A DNA stretch of 64,000 nucleotides from an uncultured bacterium (GCA_964434945.1 CAYSWZ010000073.1:13938-77937), one strand, 5' to 3'. Shown: positions 8,499 through 18,339, counted from the first letter of the stretch. Program-made: numbers and translations. The notes: a model not told the origin generated them from the sequence alone.

Positions 8499-11380
8499 AG
8501 CTGCTGCACCTCAGGGTGGACGGCTTCGGGGCGCTGCAGGGCGAGTGGACGTTCGCGCCCGAGCGCGTCAACGTGATCCTCGACGACAACGAGCGCGGCA
8601 AGTCGTCGCTGTTCGCCGCGGTCGCGGCGGCCCTGTACGGGCTGGACGGGGACCGCCGCTCGCACCGCGTCCTCACGCCGCTCGAACGCTGGCGGCCGTG
8701 GAACGGCGGGCCGTTCCGGGTCGCGCTCGATGTGGAGTGCGTGGACGGCGTCTACACGATCTCGCGCGACTTCGACCGCGGCGTGATCGCCGTGTTCGAT
8801 CGCAGCGGCGGCGAGGTGACCGAGCAGTTCCTCGAGGGGCGCGACGAATACCCGGTGGGGAAGAAGCTGCTCGGGCTGGACCGCGAGGAGTTCGAGAAGG
8901 TCGCGCTCCTCATGCAGGGCGAGCTCGACGAGGTGGTGCCGAGCGACGAGAAGGCGCGCCGCGCCTCGACCCTGAAGAGCCGTCTCGAGAACGCCGCCGA
9001 CACGCACATCGGCGATACGAACGCGTCCGAGGCGCTGCGCGTGCTCGAGGAATCGCTGCGCAAGTTCAACGCCCAGGAGCTGGAGTTCACCGGCACCATC
9101 GACAACGCCATCGACCGGCTGGCCGCCAAGCGCGAGCTGATCGAGGTCGACATCCGCGAGCTGGACGCCACGCTGATCATCGCGCAGGCGCCGTTGAACG
9201 ACCTGCACCGGCTGGCGAAGGAGGAGCGCACGCTCCAGGACTCGCTGCTCCAGCTCGAGAACGAGCGCCGGGCGGGGCTGGCGGTGGACGTGCGCCGCCA
9301 GCTCGAGGACCACGAGAAGGCGCTCGCGGAGGTGTCCCGGCTCGAGGCCGAGGCCGGCGGCCTGGCCGCTTCGGCGAACCTGCCGCCGAACGCCGAGGGC
9401 GAGTTGCGCGAAACCATCGCGCGTCACGAGGAGGCGATCCGCGGCATCGAAGGGCTGGAGGCGCGTCGCCGCGACGAGCTGGCGCGCGAGCGCGAATCGA
9501 TCGCGCGTGAACGCGCCGAGCTGGCCGCCTACGATTCGTTCACGCCCGAGGACGCCGACCGCTGCGTTGCGCAGGCCTCGGAGCTGCGCCACCTGCTGAT
9601 GCAGGACGCGCTGCTGCGACACCAGGTCTTCGAGCTGCGCGACGTGCTCGCGGGCAAGGGGCACGAACCGGAGAAGATCCAGTTCCTGCAGCAGCGCTTC
9701 GGCACCCTGCCGCCGGAGAGCGTGCGCCTGCTGCGGCAGCAGGCCGAGTTGAACCTCCAGTTCCAGAACGAATCGGCCGCGCTCGAGCACGGCCGCGCCG
9801 CCGCCACCGAGACGCTGCGCGAAGTCGATGCCTCGCGCGTCGCCCGGCGCACGCCGGGCTGGGTGCTGGTGGGGCTCGGCGCCGCGGCCGTGCTGGCGAG
9901 CGGCGTGGTGGTTCTGCTCGCCGCCTCGCCGACGCTGAGCCTCGGGCTCCTCGCCGCGGGCGTCGTGGTCGCGGGCACGGGCGGGGTGCTGCTGGTGACC
10001 GGCGCACGTTCGCGGCGCGAGGACCGCGAGGAGGCCATGGCGAGGCTCGCGGACTCGCAGACCCGGATCAACGCGCTCCACCGCCGCCGGGCGGAGAACG
10101 AAGCCGGGCTCAGTGACCTGGCGCGCATGATGGGCTACCGGGACAGCGTGGAGCTGCTGCGGCAATTCGGCGAGTACGCGCGATTGCTGGAGGACTCGGG
10201 GCCGCTGTTGCGCGTGCAGGAGCAGCTCGCGGCCGCAGAGGAGCGACGCGTGACGATGGTGAAGATGCTCGAGCCGATGCTCAAGGTCGCGCGCGGCGGC
10301 ACGATCACGCCCGAGCTGCTCGACAAGGTCGCGTACGAGGCGCGGCGGTCGCTGAACGCGCGCCAGCGGCTCGCCGACCTCGAGCGCGGGTTCGGCTGGG
10401 TCGAGGAGGAGAAGCGCGCGCTCGAGGCCGCCGCGAATTCGATGAAGGAGCGCGCGCTCCGCCTGCTGCAGGCCGCCGGCATCGCCTACGAGCCGGAGCG
10501 CGGCTGGGCGTTCCACGTGAGCGAGTTGAAGCGTCGCATGGAGGGCCGGGTGCGCTACGGCATGGTGGTCGAGGAGCTCATTCCCGCGGCGCGGCGCCGG
10601 CTCCACCCCGACCACGAGGTGGCGCAGCGGCGCCGCCAGCTCGAGATGCTCATGGCCGGCGGCGACCTGCCCGCGAACGCGCGCTCGTCGACCGAGATCG
10701 AGATGGAGGTGAAGCAGACGCGCAGCAAGCTGGAGGAGACCCAGCGCCGCCGCGCGGACGTGCGCGTCGAGGTGGAGGAGGTGTGGCGCCGGCACGCGCA
10801 GCGCCGGCCCGAGCTGGGCCAGCAGCAGGAACGCCTCGGACGCGCCATCGAGCGCGCGAGGAAGTTCAAGCAGTCGGTGGAGATCGCCCGCGACACCATC
10901 CAGCGCGTGGCCATGGATACGCATCGCAAGTGGGCGGACTTCCTGAACGACCGCGTGGCCGGGATCCTCGGCTCGTTCGGCTCGTCCGTGGAGGGCCTGC
11001 GCTTCGGTGAGGACCTCGACTTCTCCGTCCAGTTGGACGGCGGCCCGCTCGTCTCCCGCGGCAAGGCGCACGCCCAGCTCTCGGCCGGGGCGCGCGACCA
11101 GCTGTACCTCGCCGTGCGGCTCGCGATCAGCGAGTTCCTCTCGCGCGGGACGGAGCCGTTGCCGCTGCTGCTCGACGACGTGTTCGCCACGAGCGACGAC
11201 CAACGCCTGCGCGCCGGCATGCGGGCACTGATCGAGAGCTTCGGCGCGGGCCACCAGTTGCTGATGACGACCTGCCACCGGAGCCGCATGCTCGAACTGC
11301 AACGACTCGACCCCGAGCTCTACCGGGACCGCGTCCACTGGGTGGACCTGGGCATCGGCATGGGGGTGGACGGGCGGTAG
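8495..11380 (+). CDS. Rad50/SbcC/YhaN-like AAA ATPase with long coiled coils and a central transmembrane hairpin
   Basis: Walker A NERGKSSL, signature LSAGARDQLYLAVRLA, Walker B LPLLLDDVF. About 800 aa of E/R/L/A-rich coiled coil are interrupted by WVLVGLGAAAVLASGVVVLLAASPTLSLGLLAAGVVVAGTGGVLLVTGA (about 9859-10005). Confidence 0.85.
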   Translation: MKLLHLRVDGFGALQGEWTFAPERVNVILDDNERGKSSLFAAVAAALYGLDGDRRSHRVLTPLERWRPWNGGPFRVALDVECVDGVYTISRDFDRGVIAVFDRSGGEVTEQFLEGRDEYPVGKKLLGLDREEFEKVALLMQGELDEVVPSDEKARRASTLKSRLENAADTHIGDTNASEALRVLEESLRKFNAQELEFTGTIDNAIDRLAAKRELIEVDIRELDATLIIAQAPLNDLHRLAKEERTLQDSLLQLENERRAGLAVDVRRQLEDHEKALAEVSRLEAEAGGLAASANLPPNAEGELRETIARHEEAIRGIEGLEARRRDELARERESIARERAELAAYDSFTPEDADRCVAQASELRHLLMQDALLRHQVFELRDVLAGKGHEPEKIQFLQQRFGTLPPESVRLLRQQAELNLQFQNESAALEHGRAAATETLREVDASRVARRTPGWVLVGLGAAAVLASGVVVLLAASPTLSLGLLAAGVVVAGTGGVLLVTGARSRREDREEAMARLADSQTRINALHRRRAENEAGLSDLARMMGYRDSVELLRQFGEYARLLEDSGPLLRVQEQLAAAEERRVTMVKMLEPMLKVARGGTITPELLDKVAYEARRSLNARQRLADLERGFGWVEEEKRALEAAANSMKERALRLLQAAGIAYEPERGWAFHVSELKRRMEGRVRYGMVVEELIPAARRRLHPDHEVAQRRRQLEMLMAGGDLPANARSSTEIEMEVKQTRSKLEETQRRRADVRVEVEEVWRRHAQRRPELGQQQERLGRAIERARKFKQSVEIARDTIQRVAMDTHRKWADFLNDRVAGILGSFGSSVEGLRFGEDLDFSVQLDGGPLVSRGKAHAQLSAGARDQLYLAVRLAISEFLSRGTEPLPLLLDDVFATSDDQRLRAGMRALIESFGAGHQLLMTTCHRSRMLELQRLDPELYRDRVHWVDLGIGMGVDGR

Positions 11381-11614
11381 GACCGCACGCTCCCGGCGGC
11401 GCGGGCGGACGCGGGGAAATTCGTGTCACACCCGGGCGCGGACTGCGACCTTGCATGCGAGTGACGCCAGCTCACCGGTGTTCACTCACGCCACGCGCCG
11501 GTGTCCGATCCGCGTCCGTTCGGGGGATCGGCCGGGGAGGCGCCGGTCGCGCGGCGGCGTCACTCGCAGGCCACTTGCGTGGCGCCGGGCCGGCGGCCAC
11601 CGTTCGCGGCATGA

Positions 11615-12529
11615 GTGGCCGCGAAGGCATGTGACATGTCCCGCTCGTTCCGCGCCGCCGTGAGCTGGCTGCTCGCCGCCGAGGCGTGCTACGCCGTCAT
11701 GCGCGTGTCGACCCGCATGAGCGCCTCGGTGAGCACGCTCCCGTGGGCGGAGATCGCCGCGGTGCGCTTCCTCGGCGGCTCGCTCGTGCCGCTTGCGTCC
11801 GCGGGCCTGCGCCGCGTTCCGCTGCGGGTGGAGGACACGCGCAACGCCTGGCTGCGATCCGCGTTCGGCACCGGCGGCGCCCTCGCGCTCTTCTACACGC
11901 TCGGCACGCATGCCCTGTCCGTGGGTGACGCCACCACGCTCTATTCCACGGCGCCACTGTGGGTGGCGCTACTGTCGGGCCCGATCCTGGGCGAACAGGT
12001 GGGAGCGGTCGTCTGGCTCGCCGTGCTCGCGGGCTTCGCCGGCGTGGTGACGCTGCTCCACGCGGGCGTGGACAGCGTCGGCCCGACCGGCGCGATCATG
12101 CTGGCCGGGGCGCTCAGCTACGCGCTCGCGGTGATCCGGGTGCGGAGACTCTCGACGCGCGAGTCGAGCGAGGCGATCGGCTTTCACATGTCGCTCACCG
12201 CCGGCGGCGTCATGCTCCTGATCGCGCTCCCGAACCTGCAGCGGATCCCCGCGGCGGCCATGCCGCCGCTCGCGGCGAGCGCGCTCGCCGGCGGCCTCGG
12301 CCAGACCATCGTCGCCCGGGCCTACGCGCGCGAGCCGGCATCGCGGCTGGCCGCGTTCAGCTACGCGGGCGTCGTGTTCACCTATCTCCTCGAGGCGGCG
12401 CTCTTCCGTCGCGTACCGGAGCCGCACCAGGTCGCGGGCGCGCTGATCGTGATCGGCGCCGGCGTGGCGGTGTCGTTGCTGGCCGCGGCCCGGGCGGACG
12501 CGCCCGCACCGCGTTCGCACGCGGAGTAG
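11615..12529 (+). CDS. EamA/DMT family transporter
   Basis: About 10 hydrophobic segments in two EamA-like halves (FLGGSLVPL..., LWVALLSGPILGEQV, AGALIVIGAGVAV). Alternative start at 11636. Confidence 0.85.
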   Translation: MAAKACDMSRSFRAAVSWLLAAEACYAVMRVSTRMSASVSTLPWAEIAAVRFLGGSLVPLASAGLRRVPLRVEDTRNAWLRSAFGTGGALALFYTLGTHALSVGDATTLYSTAPLWVALLSGPILGEQVGAVVWLAVLAGFAGVVTLLHAGVDSVGPTGAIMLAGALSYALAVIRVRRLSTRESSEAIGFHMSLTAGGVMLLIALPNLQRIPAAAMPPLAASALAGGLGQTIVARAYAREPASRLAAFSYAGVVFTYLLEAALFRRVPEPHQVAGALIVIGAGVAVSLLAAARADAPAPRSHAE

Positions 12530-12530
12530 C

Positions 12531-13046
12531 TTACGCCGGCCCGGCGAAGCGATCCGCAAGCCAGGTTCGAGCCGCGGCTTCGCTCCGCGGCGACAGCAGG
12601 AACCGCTCCCAGGCTCTCTGCTCGTGCCACACCGGCACCAGCTCCCACACGCACAGCGTGGGCTTGTGCTCGCCCTCGCGTGGGAAGAGCGCGAACTCCG
12701 CCATGGAGGCGTCCTTGTAGAACACCGTCTGCCACACCTCGTTCGAGTTGCGCCACGTGCACACGATCGGGAAGTAGAAGCTGTCGCCGCAGCGGTGGAG
12801 GATGACGAACCCGAGCCCGTTCGCCGCGAGCGGGCCGGAAGTCAGTCTCGTGCGCGCGAGCCGTGTCACCGCGATGGGTACAGGCGCGTCGTCGCGATGC
12901 AGCTCGTACCACTTGAGCAGCGCGCTCCCGGCCTCGAGCGGCTCACCGGGCGTGACGCGCTTGGGCGCATGACGGTAGCCGGCGTCGACGCCGGAGTCGG
13001 TGGCGAGAAGTCGCGCGAGCGTCGTGGTGGTGGTGGGCATCGTCAT
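12531..13046 (-). CDS. hypothetical protein (conserved-looking, unassigned)
   Basis: 171-aa ORF with normal composition (FYFPIVCTWRNSNEVWQTVFYKDASMAEFALFPREGEHKPTLCVWELVPVWHEQRAWERF). Its start overlaps the stop of the upstream DUF2132 gene by 4 nt. Confidence 0.65.
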   Translation of the reverse strand: MTMPTTTTTLARLLATDSGVDAGYRHAPKRVTPGEPLEAGSALLKWYELHRDDAPVPIAVTRLARTRLTSGPLAANGLGFVILHRCGDSFYFPIVCTWRNSNEVWQTVFYKDASMAEFALFPREGEHKPTLCVWELVPVWHEQRAWERFLLSPRSEAAARTWLADRFAGPA

Positions 13047-13270
13047 TCCCCGTCGTTCATGAACCGTACGTACAGGTCTTCGAGCTTTCGCCGGGCGCGG
13101 TCCGCCTTTCGCAGGTACTTCAACGCGGACGACATGCTCGGGTCCACGAGGAAGCAGGCAAGCGGCAGGTCGCGCGCGAGTCCGTCCCAGCCGTAGCGGT
13201 CCACCATCCGGCGAAGGATGTATTCGAGCGTGAGGCCGTGGAGCGGGTTGTTGGGCTGGCCGGCGGACAA
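13043..13270 (-). CDS. VF530/DUF2132-family small DNA-binding-like protein
   Basis: 75 aa. NPLHGLTLEYILRRMVDRYGWDGLA...CFLVDPSMSSALKYLRKADRARRKLEDLY matches my recollection of the DUF2132 pattern. Confidence 0.7.
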   Translation of the reverse strand: MSAGQPNNPLHGLTLEYILRRMVDRYGWDGLARDLPLACFLVDPSMSSALKYLRKADRARRKLEDLYVRFMNDGE

Positions 13271-13390
13271 GCGGGCTCCGTTCTCGATGCCTCAGGGGTG
13301 TTGCGCGAAGCCGCTATCCTACACGCGCGCGCCTGTCCTATGCTCGCCGACGCGCGTCCCTGCGTCCGCCCCTGGCCCCGGAGATCGCTC

Positions 13391-15628
13391 ATGAAGCGCC
13401 CGCTACGCTCGCTGCTCGTGCTCGCAGGCCTCACGCTGCTCGTGGTTCGGTCGGTCGCGCAGCCGCCCACGGGGACGTCCGCCGGCATCGCCACTCCGGG
13501 CCCCGCCGGCACGCAGCCGCCGGTCGGCCTCACCGGCTTCGATGCCCCGGGCGCCGCCGCGGAGCTCGCACGCGAGGCGGGCATGGCCGCGCTCATGCGC
13601 CCGGACTCGCTCCGCCGCCACCTCCGGATCCTGACCGAGGAGCCGCACGTCGCCGGAACGCCGGCCGACCGCGCCACGGCCGACTACGTTCGCCAGCGGC
13701 TCGCGGCGTACGGCTGGGACGCGCAGATCGTGGAGATCCCGGTGTGGATCAACTATCCCAAGCTGTCGCGGCTCACGCTCGTCGAGCCCGTGGAGCAGAA
13801 GCTGGCGGTGCGCGAGACCGGCGTCGCATGGGACAAGGACGCCACCGCGAGCGGAGTGTTCGACGCGTTCCACGGCTACTCCGCGAGCGGCGACGTCACC
13901 GGCGCGGTCGTGTACGCGAACTACGGCGACGTGGACGACTTCGCCAGGCTCACCACCCTCGGCGTGGACGTGCGCCATCGCATCGTGCTCGTCCGCTACG
14001 GCAGGATCTTCCGCGGGCTCAAGGTCCGGAACGCCGAGCGCGCGGGCGCCGCGGGCGTGTTGATCTACAGCGACCCGGCCGACGACGGCTACGCCAAGGG
14101 CGACCCCTATCCGCGCGGCCAGGCCCGCCCGGCGGATGCCATCCAACGCGGGAGCGTGCAGTTCCTGAGCGAGGGTCCCGGCGACCCCGGCACGCCCGGC
14201 TGGCCGTCCACGGCGAAGGGCAGGCGCTTGAAGCACGAGGAGATGACGACGGTGCCACGCATCCCGTCCATGCCCATCGCCTATGCCGAGGCGCAGAAGA
14301 TCTTCGAGTACCTCGAGGGTCCGCGCGTGCCTTCGGACGCGTGGCAGGGGGCACTACCGCTCACCTACCACGTCGGGCCGGGCCCAGCGGTCCTCCATCT
14401 CGAGAGCGAGCAGGACTGGGCGGTGCGCCCGATCTGGGACGTGATCGCCACGCTCAGAGGTCGCGAGCTGCCCGGGCAGGTGGTCCTCGCCGGCAACCAT
14501 CGCGACGCGTGGGCGCACGGCGCCGAGGATCCCAACAGCGGCACGATCACGCTGCTGGAGATGGCGCGCGTGATCGGCGCCGAAGCACGTGCGGGCTGGC
14601 GGCCGCGCCGCACGCTGATGCTGTGCTCGTGGGACGGCGAGGAGTACGGACTGCTGGGCTCCACCGAGTGGGCCGAGGCGAACGACGCCATGCTGACGCG
14701 CGACGCGGTGGCGTACGTGAACGTGGACGCCGCGGTGTCGGGAGACAGCCTGCGCGTGAACGGCAGCGACGCGATGCGGGCGTTGTTCAGCGAGGTGGCC
14801 CGCGACGTGCGCGACCCGCTCCAGAACCGCTCGGAGTGGAACACGGTGATGGACCGGGCGTGGATCGACGGGAAAGCCGCCTGGTCGCAGGCGAACCGCT
14901 TGCGCCGGCTGCGCGGCGCGGCCGCCGAGCCGTTCGGGTATCCGGTCGCGCCGCTCGGGTCGGGCTCGGACTACACCGTGTTCGTGGATCACCTGGGCGT
15001 GCCGAGTGCGGACCTCCGGTTCGAGGGGCTCTCCGGTGTCTATCACTCCATGTACGACGATTTCGAGTTCATGGACCGCGTGGTGGATCCGGGCTACCAC
15101 CGCCACCTGTGCATGACCGAGCTGTGGACCCGCGCCATCCTGCGCCTGGCGGAGGCTCCGGTGCTGCCGCTCCGCTACAGCGCCACCGCGCGGTTCGCGT
15201 ACGACCAATTGGAATCCCTCGCCGATCGCGCCGAGGACGCGAGCGCGGGCAAGCCCGACTCGCTGCGGCTCCGCGCGCCGGTCAAGCCCGCGCTCGATGC
15301 CGCCCGCCGGCTGCTCGAGACCGCGCTCGCGGCCGAGGGCGTGGCCGACGCGGCACTCGCGCACGGGGCGCCGGCCGGCGATCCCGGCGGCTACAACGCT
15401 GCGGTCATGCGCGCCGAGCGTGCGCTCCTCGGACCCGGCCTGCCCGGCCGCACGTGGTTCCGCCACGAGCTCTACGCGCCCGGGCTCAACACGGGCTACG
15501 CGCCCGTGCCACTGCCGCGGCTCGGGCAGGCGGTGCTGGAGGGCGACGCGAAGGGCTGGGAGAGAGGCGTCCAGCCGCTGGCCGATGCGCTCGATCGTGC
15601 GACCGCGGAGCTCGCGAAGGTGAAATAG
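13391..15628 (+). CDS. M28 metallopeptidase, glutamate carboxypeptidase II / PSMA-like (PA, M28 and TfR-dimer domains)
   Basis: Signal peptide MKRPLRSLLVLAGLTLLVVRSVA. PA-domain stretch VVYANYGDVDDFARLTTLGVDVRHRIVLVRYGRIFRGLKVRNAERAGAAGVLIYSDPADDGY. Zinc-site region GNHRDAWAHGAEDPNSG...SWDGEEYGLLGSTEW. Helical C-terminal domain. Confidence 0.9.
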   Translation: MKRPLRSLLVLAGLTLLVVRSVAQPPTGTSAGIATPGPAGTQPPVGLTGFDAPGAAAELAREAGMAALMRPDSLRRHLRILTEEPHVAGTPADRATADYVRQRLAAYGWDAQIVEIPVWINYPKLSRLTLVEPVEQKLAVRETGVAWDKDATASGVFDAFHGYSASGDVTGAVVYANYGDVDDFARLTTLGVDVRHRIVLVRYGRIFRGLKVRNAERAGAAGVLIYSDPADDGYAKGDPYPRGQARPADAIQRGSVQFLSEGPGDPGTPGWPSTAKGRRLKHEEMTTVPRIPSMPIAYAEAQKIFEYLEGPRVPSDAWQGALPLTYHVGPGPAVLHLESEQDWAVRPIWDVIATLRGRELPGQVVLAGNHRDAWAHGAEDPNSGTITLLEMARVIGAEARAGWRPRRTLMLCSWDGEEYGLLGSTEWAEANDAMLTRDAVAYVNVDAAVSGDSLRVNGSDAMRALFSEVARDVRDPLQNRSEWNTVMDRAWIDGKAAWSQANRLRRLRGAAAEPFGYPVAPLGSGSDYTVFVDHLGVPSADLRFEGLSGVYHSMYDDFEFMDRVVDPGYHRHLCMTELWTRAILRLAEAPVLPLRYSATARFAYDQLESLADRAEDASAGKPDSLRLRAPVKPALDAARRLLETALAAEGVADAALAHGAPAGDPGGYNAAVMRAERALLGPGLPGRTWFRHELYAPGLNTGYAPVPLPRLGQAVLEGDAKGWERGVQPLADALDRATAELAKVK

Positions 15629-15678
15629 CGGCGGCTCGCGACGGGGCGCGGGCCGTGCGGCCCGCGCCGGAAATCCCG

Positions 15679-16170
15679 TCAGGGCATGCCGCTCACGTGG
15701 TGCGAGCGCAATTGCTTCGCCTTCTCGGCCGCCGCTGCGATGTTGTCGACGGCGAGCCGGCGCACCTCGGCCGCATCGTCCGGCTTGATCGTCCCGTCCT
15801 TCAGGAGGCCCTGCTCCACCGACGTGAAGGCGAGCAGCTCGACCAGGTCCTCGCCGCGGTCGACGCGCGAGGCCCGGCCCTTGGGATCGAGCGCGATGAA
15901 CGCCGCCGCCGGCATGGTCGACAGCGCGTTGGCGGCGGAGTCGGAGAACACGGTCTGCGAGCGCAGCACCTCGATGTCGGCCACGACGCGCATCGCCTCG
16001 ACGTCGCCCTGGTCGGCGAGCGCGCCGACCGGCTGCTTGAGCGCGAGCTGGTGCACCTTGAGTGCGCGGGCCTCTCGCGATTCGCAACCCGTCACGAGGG
16101 CCAGCAACAGCAGTCCCAGCGCGACGCCCAGCGGGACGGGAGAGATTCGGGTCGGGCGGTGTCCTTCCAT
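15679..16170 (-). CDS. lipoprotein, unknown function
   Basis: Internal Met at 16170 gives MEGHRPTRISPVPLGVALGLLLLALVTGC with lipobox LVTGC. The longer track ORF to 16257 adds an Arg/Ala-rich extension that I reject. Confidence 0.6.
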   Translation of the reverse strand: MEGHRPTRISPVPLGVALGLLLLALVTGCESREARALKVHQLALKQPVGALADQGDVEAMRVVADIEVLRSQTVFSDSAANALSTMPAAAFIALDPKGRASRVDRGEDLVELLAFTSVEQGLLKDGTIKPDDAAEVRRLAVDNIAAAAEKAKQLRSHHVSGMP

Positions 16171-16346
16171 GGGGGCCGTGCTCCTTTCGGGGCGAGAACC
16201 TAGCACACGGCTCCCGCACGCGGAGGCGCGAGGTGCGGCCGGCGCCCGGGCGGGCACGCGAACGGCCCGCTCGACCGTGAGCGGGCCGTCGCATCAGGAG
16301 CGCACGACGCCGGGACGCATGCCGCCCGGCACGCCCGCGACGCGCG

Positions 16347-16817
16347 CTACCGATCCATGGACTGCGGCGGGGAACCCGACCCCCCGCCCACGGGGCGGAT
16401 CAGGAACGAACTCAGGATCAGCGCCACGCCGACCGCGGCGGGGATCAGGCCGACGGTCCAGACCCTGCCGCCGTCGTTCCCGTCCGCGACCTCGTGCAGG
16501 AAGATCGACAGGGCGACTCCCACGAACAGCGTCACGATGCCGCCGATCAGGATGCCCTGGCGGCGGTGCTCCGCGACCACGACCGGATCGCCGAACATGC
16601 GGTTGTCGTCGAAGATGATCGGGCGCTGCAGGCTCGCGATCTTGTCGGGATCGAGCCCGCGCTCGATGGCCGCGATGCGCTCGCGCTGGATCATCTCGAA
16701 CGCGCGCTGGCGCTGCATCGTGCGCACGATCCCGGCGGTGATCCCGCCGACGATGGCGACGATGGGGATGCTGAGCGCCATCAGCGGGATCAGCGAATCG
16801 GTGTCGAAATCGAACAT
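16347..16817 (-). CDS. small integral membrane protein (3 predicted TM helices)
   Basis: 156 aa. Hydrophobic segments LIPLMALSIPIVAIVGGITAGIV, ILIGGIVTLFVGVALSIFL and VGLIPAAVGVALILSSFLI. Divergent from the ECF sigma gene. Confidence 0.65.
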   Translation of the reverse strand: MFDFDTDSLIPLMALSIPIVAIVGGITAGIVRTMQRQRAFEMIQRERIAAIERGLDPDKIASLQRPIIFDDNRMFGDPVVVAEHRRQGILIGGIVTLFVGVALSIFLHEVADGNDGGRVWTVGLIPAAVGVALILSSFLIRPVGGGSGSPPQSMDR

Positions 16818-17033
16818 GGCGGGCCTCCGCGGCGGCTGGGGTGGTGGACGTTGTCTCGAACGCCCATTGTGACCGGGAGAGGCCCGGATCGGGTTTCAGG
16901 GGTCGTGCTCGGAAGATTGCGGATGAGCCCGTTTTCGAGGGGTTGTACGCCAACAGGTCTATGTACCACAATCACTTATGTGGGCAGTCTCCCCCACCAG
17001 CAATCTTCCGCGCACAACCCTTAGGCTGCCGGG

Positions 17034-17657
17034 ATGCAACCCGAGCCGCCCCTGGACCCGTCCAAGCGAGCGATGGCCCCGACGCCCGCGCTCCATCCCG
17101 AGGCCGCGAGGATGGCGGACGAGCGCCGGCTCATCGCAGGGGCGCAGTCGGGCGACACGGCCGCGTTCCGTGTGCTGGTCGAACGGCATCAGGCGCGCGC
17201 GGTCGCGCTCGCGCTGCGCATCGTCCGCTCGGCGCCGGACGCGGAGGAAGTCGCGCAGGATGCGTTCGTGCGGGTTTGGACGGCGCTCCCCGGCTTTCGT
17301 GGAGAGTCGAGTTTCGCGACGTGGCTGTACCGGATCGTGGCGCGGCGCGCGTTCGACCGGGTGGACGTGCTGAAGCACCGGCGTGCGCGCGAGCGGGCGG
17401 AGGAGAAGCTGCCCGAGCCCGTCGCACCCGCGCCGGCGGACGACGACACGTTACGGGCGGCGCTGCTGCAACGGCTGGTGGCGGACCTCTCACCCGCGCA
17501 ACGGTCGGTGGTGACGATGTTCTACTACGAGGGACGGTCGGTGGAGCAGGTCTCGGCGATCCTCAACATGCCGGAGAACACGGTGAAGACGCACCTGCTG
17601 CGCGCGCGTGCCGCGCTGCGCACGGCGTGGACACACGAGCTGGGAGAAGAAGCGTGA
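17034..17657 (+). CDS. ECF-type RNA polymerase sigma-70 family factor
   Basis: Region 2 FRVLVERHQARAVALALRIVRSAPDAEEVAQDAFVRVW...ATWLYRIVARRAFD and region 4 SPAQRSVVTMFYYEGRSVEQVSAILNMPENTVKTHLLRARAAL. Possible later start at 17112. Confidence 0.9.
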   Translation: MQPEPPLDPSKRAMAPTPALHPEAARMADERRLIAGAQSGDTAAFRVLVERHQARAVALALRIVRSAPDAEEVAQDAFVRVWTALPGFRGESSFATWLYRIVARRAFDRVDVLKHRRARERAEEKLPEPVAPAPADDDTLRAALLQRLVADLSPAQRSVVTMFYYEGRSVEQVSAILNMPENTVKTHLLRARAALRTAWTHELGEEA

Positions 17658-18262
17658 ACTGCCTCGAGTTCGAGCGGTTGCTGGACGAGGGCGAGCCGGC
17701 GCGGCTCCCCGCGGCCGCACGGGCCCACGCGCGCGAGTGCGCGCGCTGCGGGCGTGCGCTGGCGCGCGCGCGATCGCTCGAGGCGGCGCTCGCTCGTCAC
17801 TTCGCAAGCACGCTCGAGCTCGACGAGAGCGTTTCAAGCTCGTTCACGGAGCGCGTCATGCTGCGCGTCGAGCGCGTCGAGGCCCGCGGCGTCCGCTGGC
17901 TCGCGCTGCCCGACGCCCTGCCCTGGTGGGTGCGCGTCCCGGCGGAGCCGACGGTCGCACTGGCGGCGACGGCGATGGCCCTGCTCCTCTGGCGTGGGGA
18001 TCGGCTGCTCGCCATGGTCCGCGCGTGGGCGCCGGACCTGGTGGCGGCCTCCGGCCGCGTCGGCGACTTGGCGAACGCAGCCGGCATCGGCTCCGTGCTT
18101 CACGCTCTCGGGAGCGCGTTCGCGCCGGGGCCGGGTGCGCACTGGACGGTCGTTGGCGCGATGGCGATCGGCGTGGCCCCGCTGCTGGCGCTGGCGGGCT
18201 GCGGCATGTGGTGGCTCGGCGAGCGGCTCGTCGGCCGGCCCGGAGTGGCGCTCCAGCACTAG
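17654..18262 (+). CDS. anti-sigma factor (zf-HC2 type, membrane-spanning)
   Basis: GTG start overlaps the sigma stop (GTGA). N-terminal H-x3-C-x2-C motif HARECARCGRAL. Hydrophobic helices later in the protein (PTVALAATAMALLLW, VVGAMAIGVAPLLALAGCGMWWL). Confidence 0.75.
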   Translation: MNCLEFERLLDEGEPARLPAAARAHARECARCGRALARARSLEAALARHFASTLELDESVSSSFTERVMLRVERVEARGVRWLALPDALPWWVRVPAEPTVALAATAMALLLWRGDRLLAMVRAWAPDLVAASGRVGDLANAAGIGSVLHALGSAFAPGPGAHWTVVGAMAIGVAPLLALAGCGMWWLGERLVGRPGVALQH

Positions 18263-18339
18263 GTTCCTGAGCGAACCCGAACACGCGCGGGACACATCGC
18301 TGACGCCCGGCGGCGCGCGAGCTCTTATACTCGCGCGCC

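Noticed and set aside
11456-11568. 13-bp perfect inverted repeat (TGCGAGTGACGCC / GGCGTCACTCGCA) with an 87-nt spacer, considered as a fourth copy of the composite element.
   Set aside because: Spacer length is similar, but the sequence shows no homology to the 88-nt core in either orientation, and the arms lack the GGGGTGCGGGG box. It is probably an unrelated structured intergenic region or terminator between the ATPase and EamA genes.
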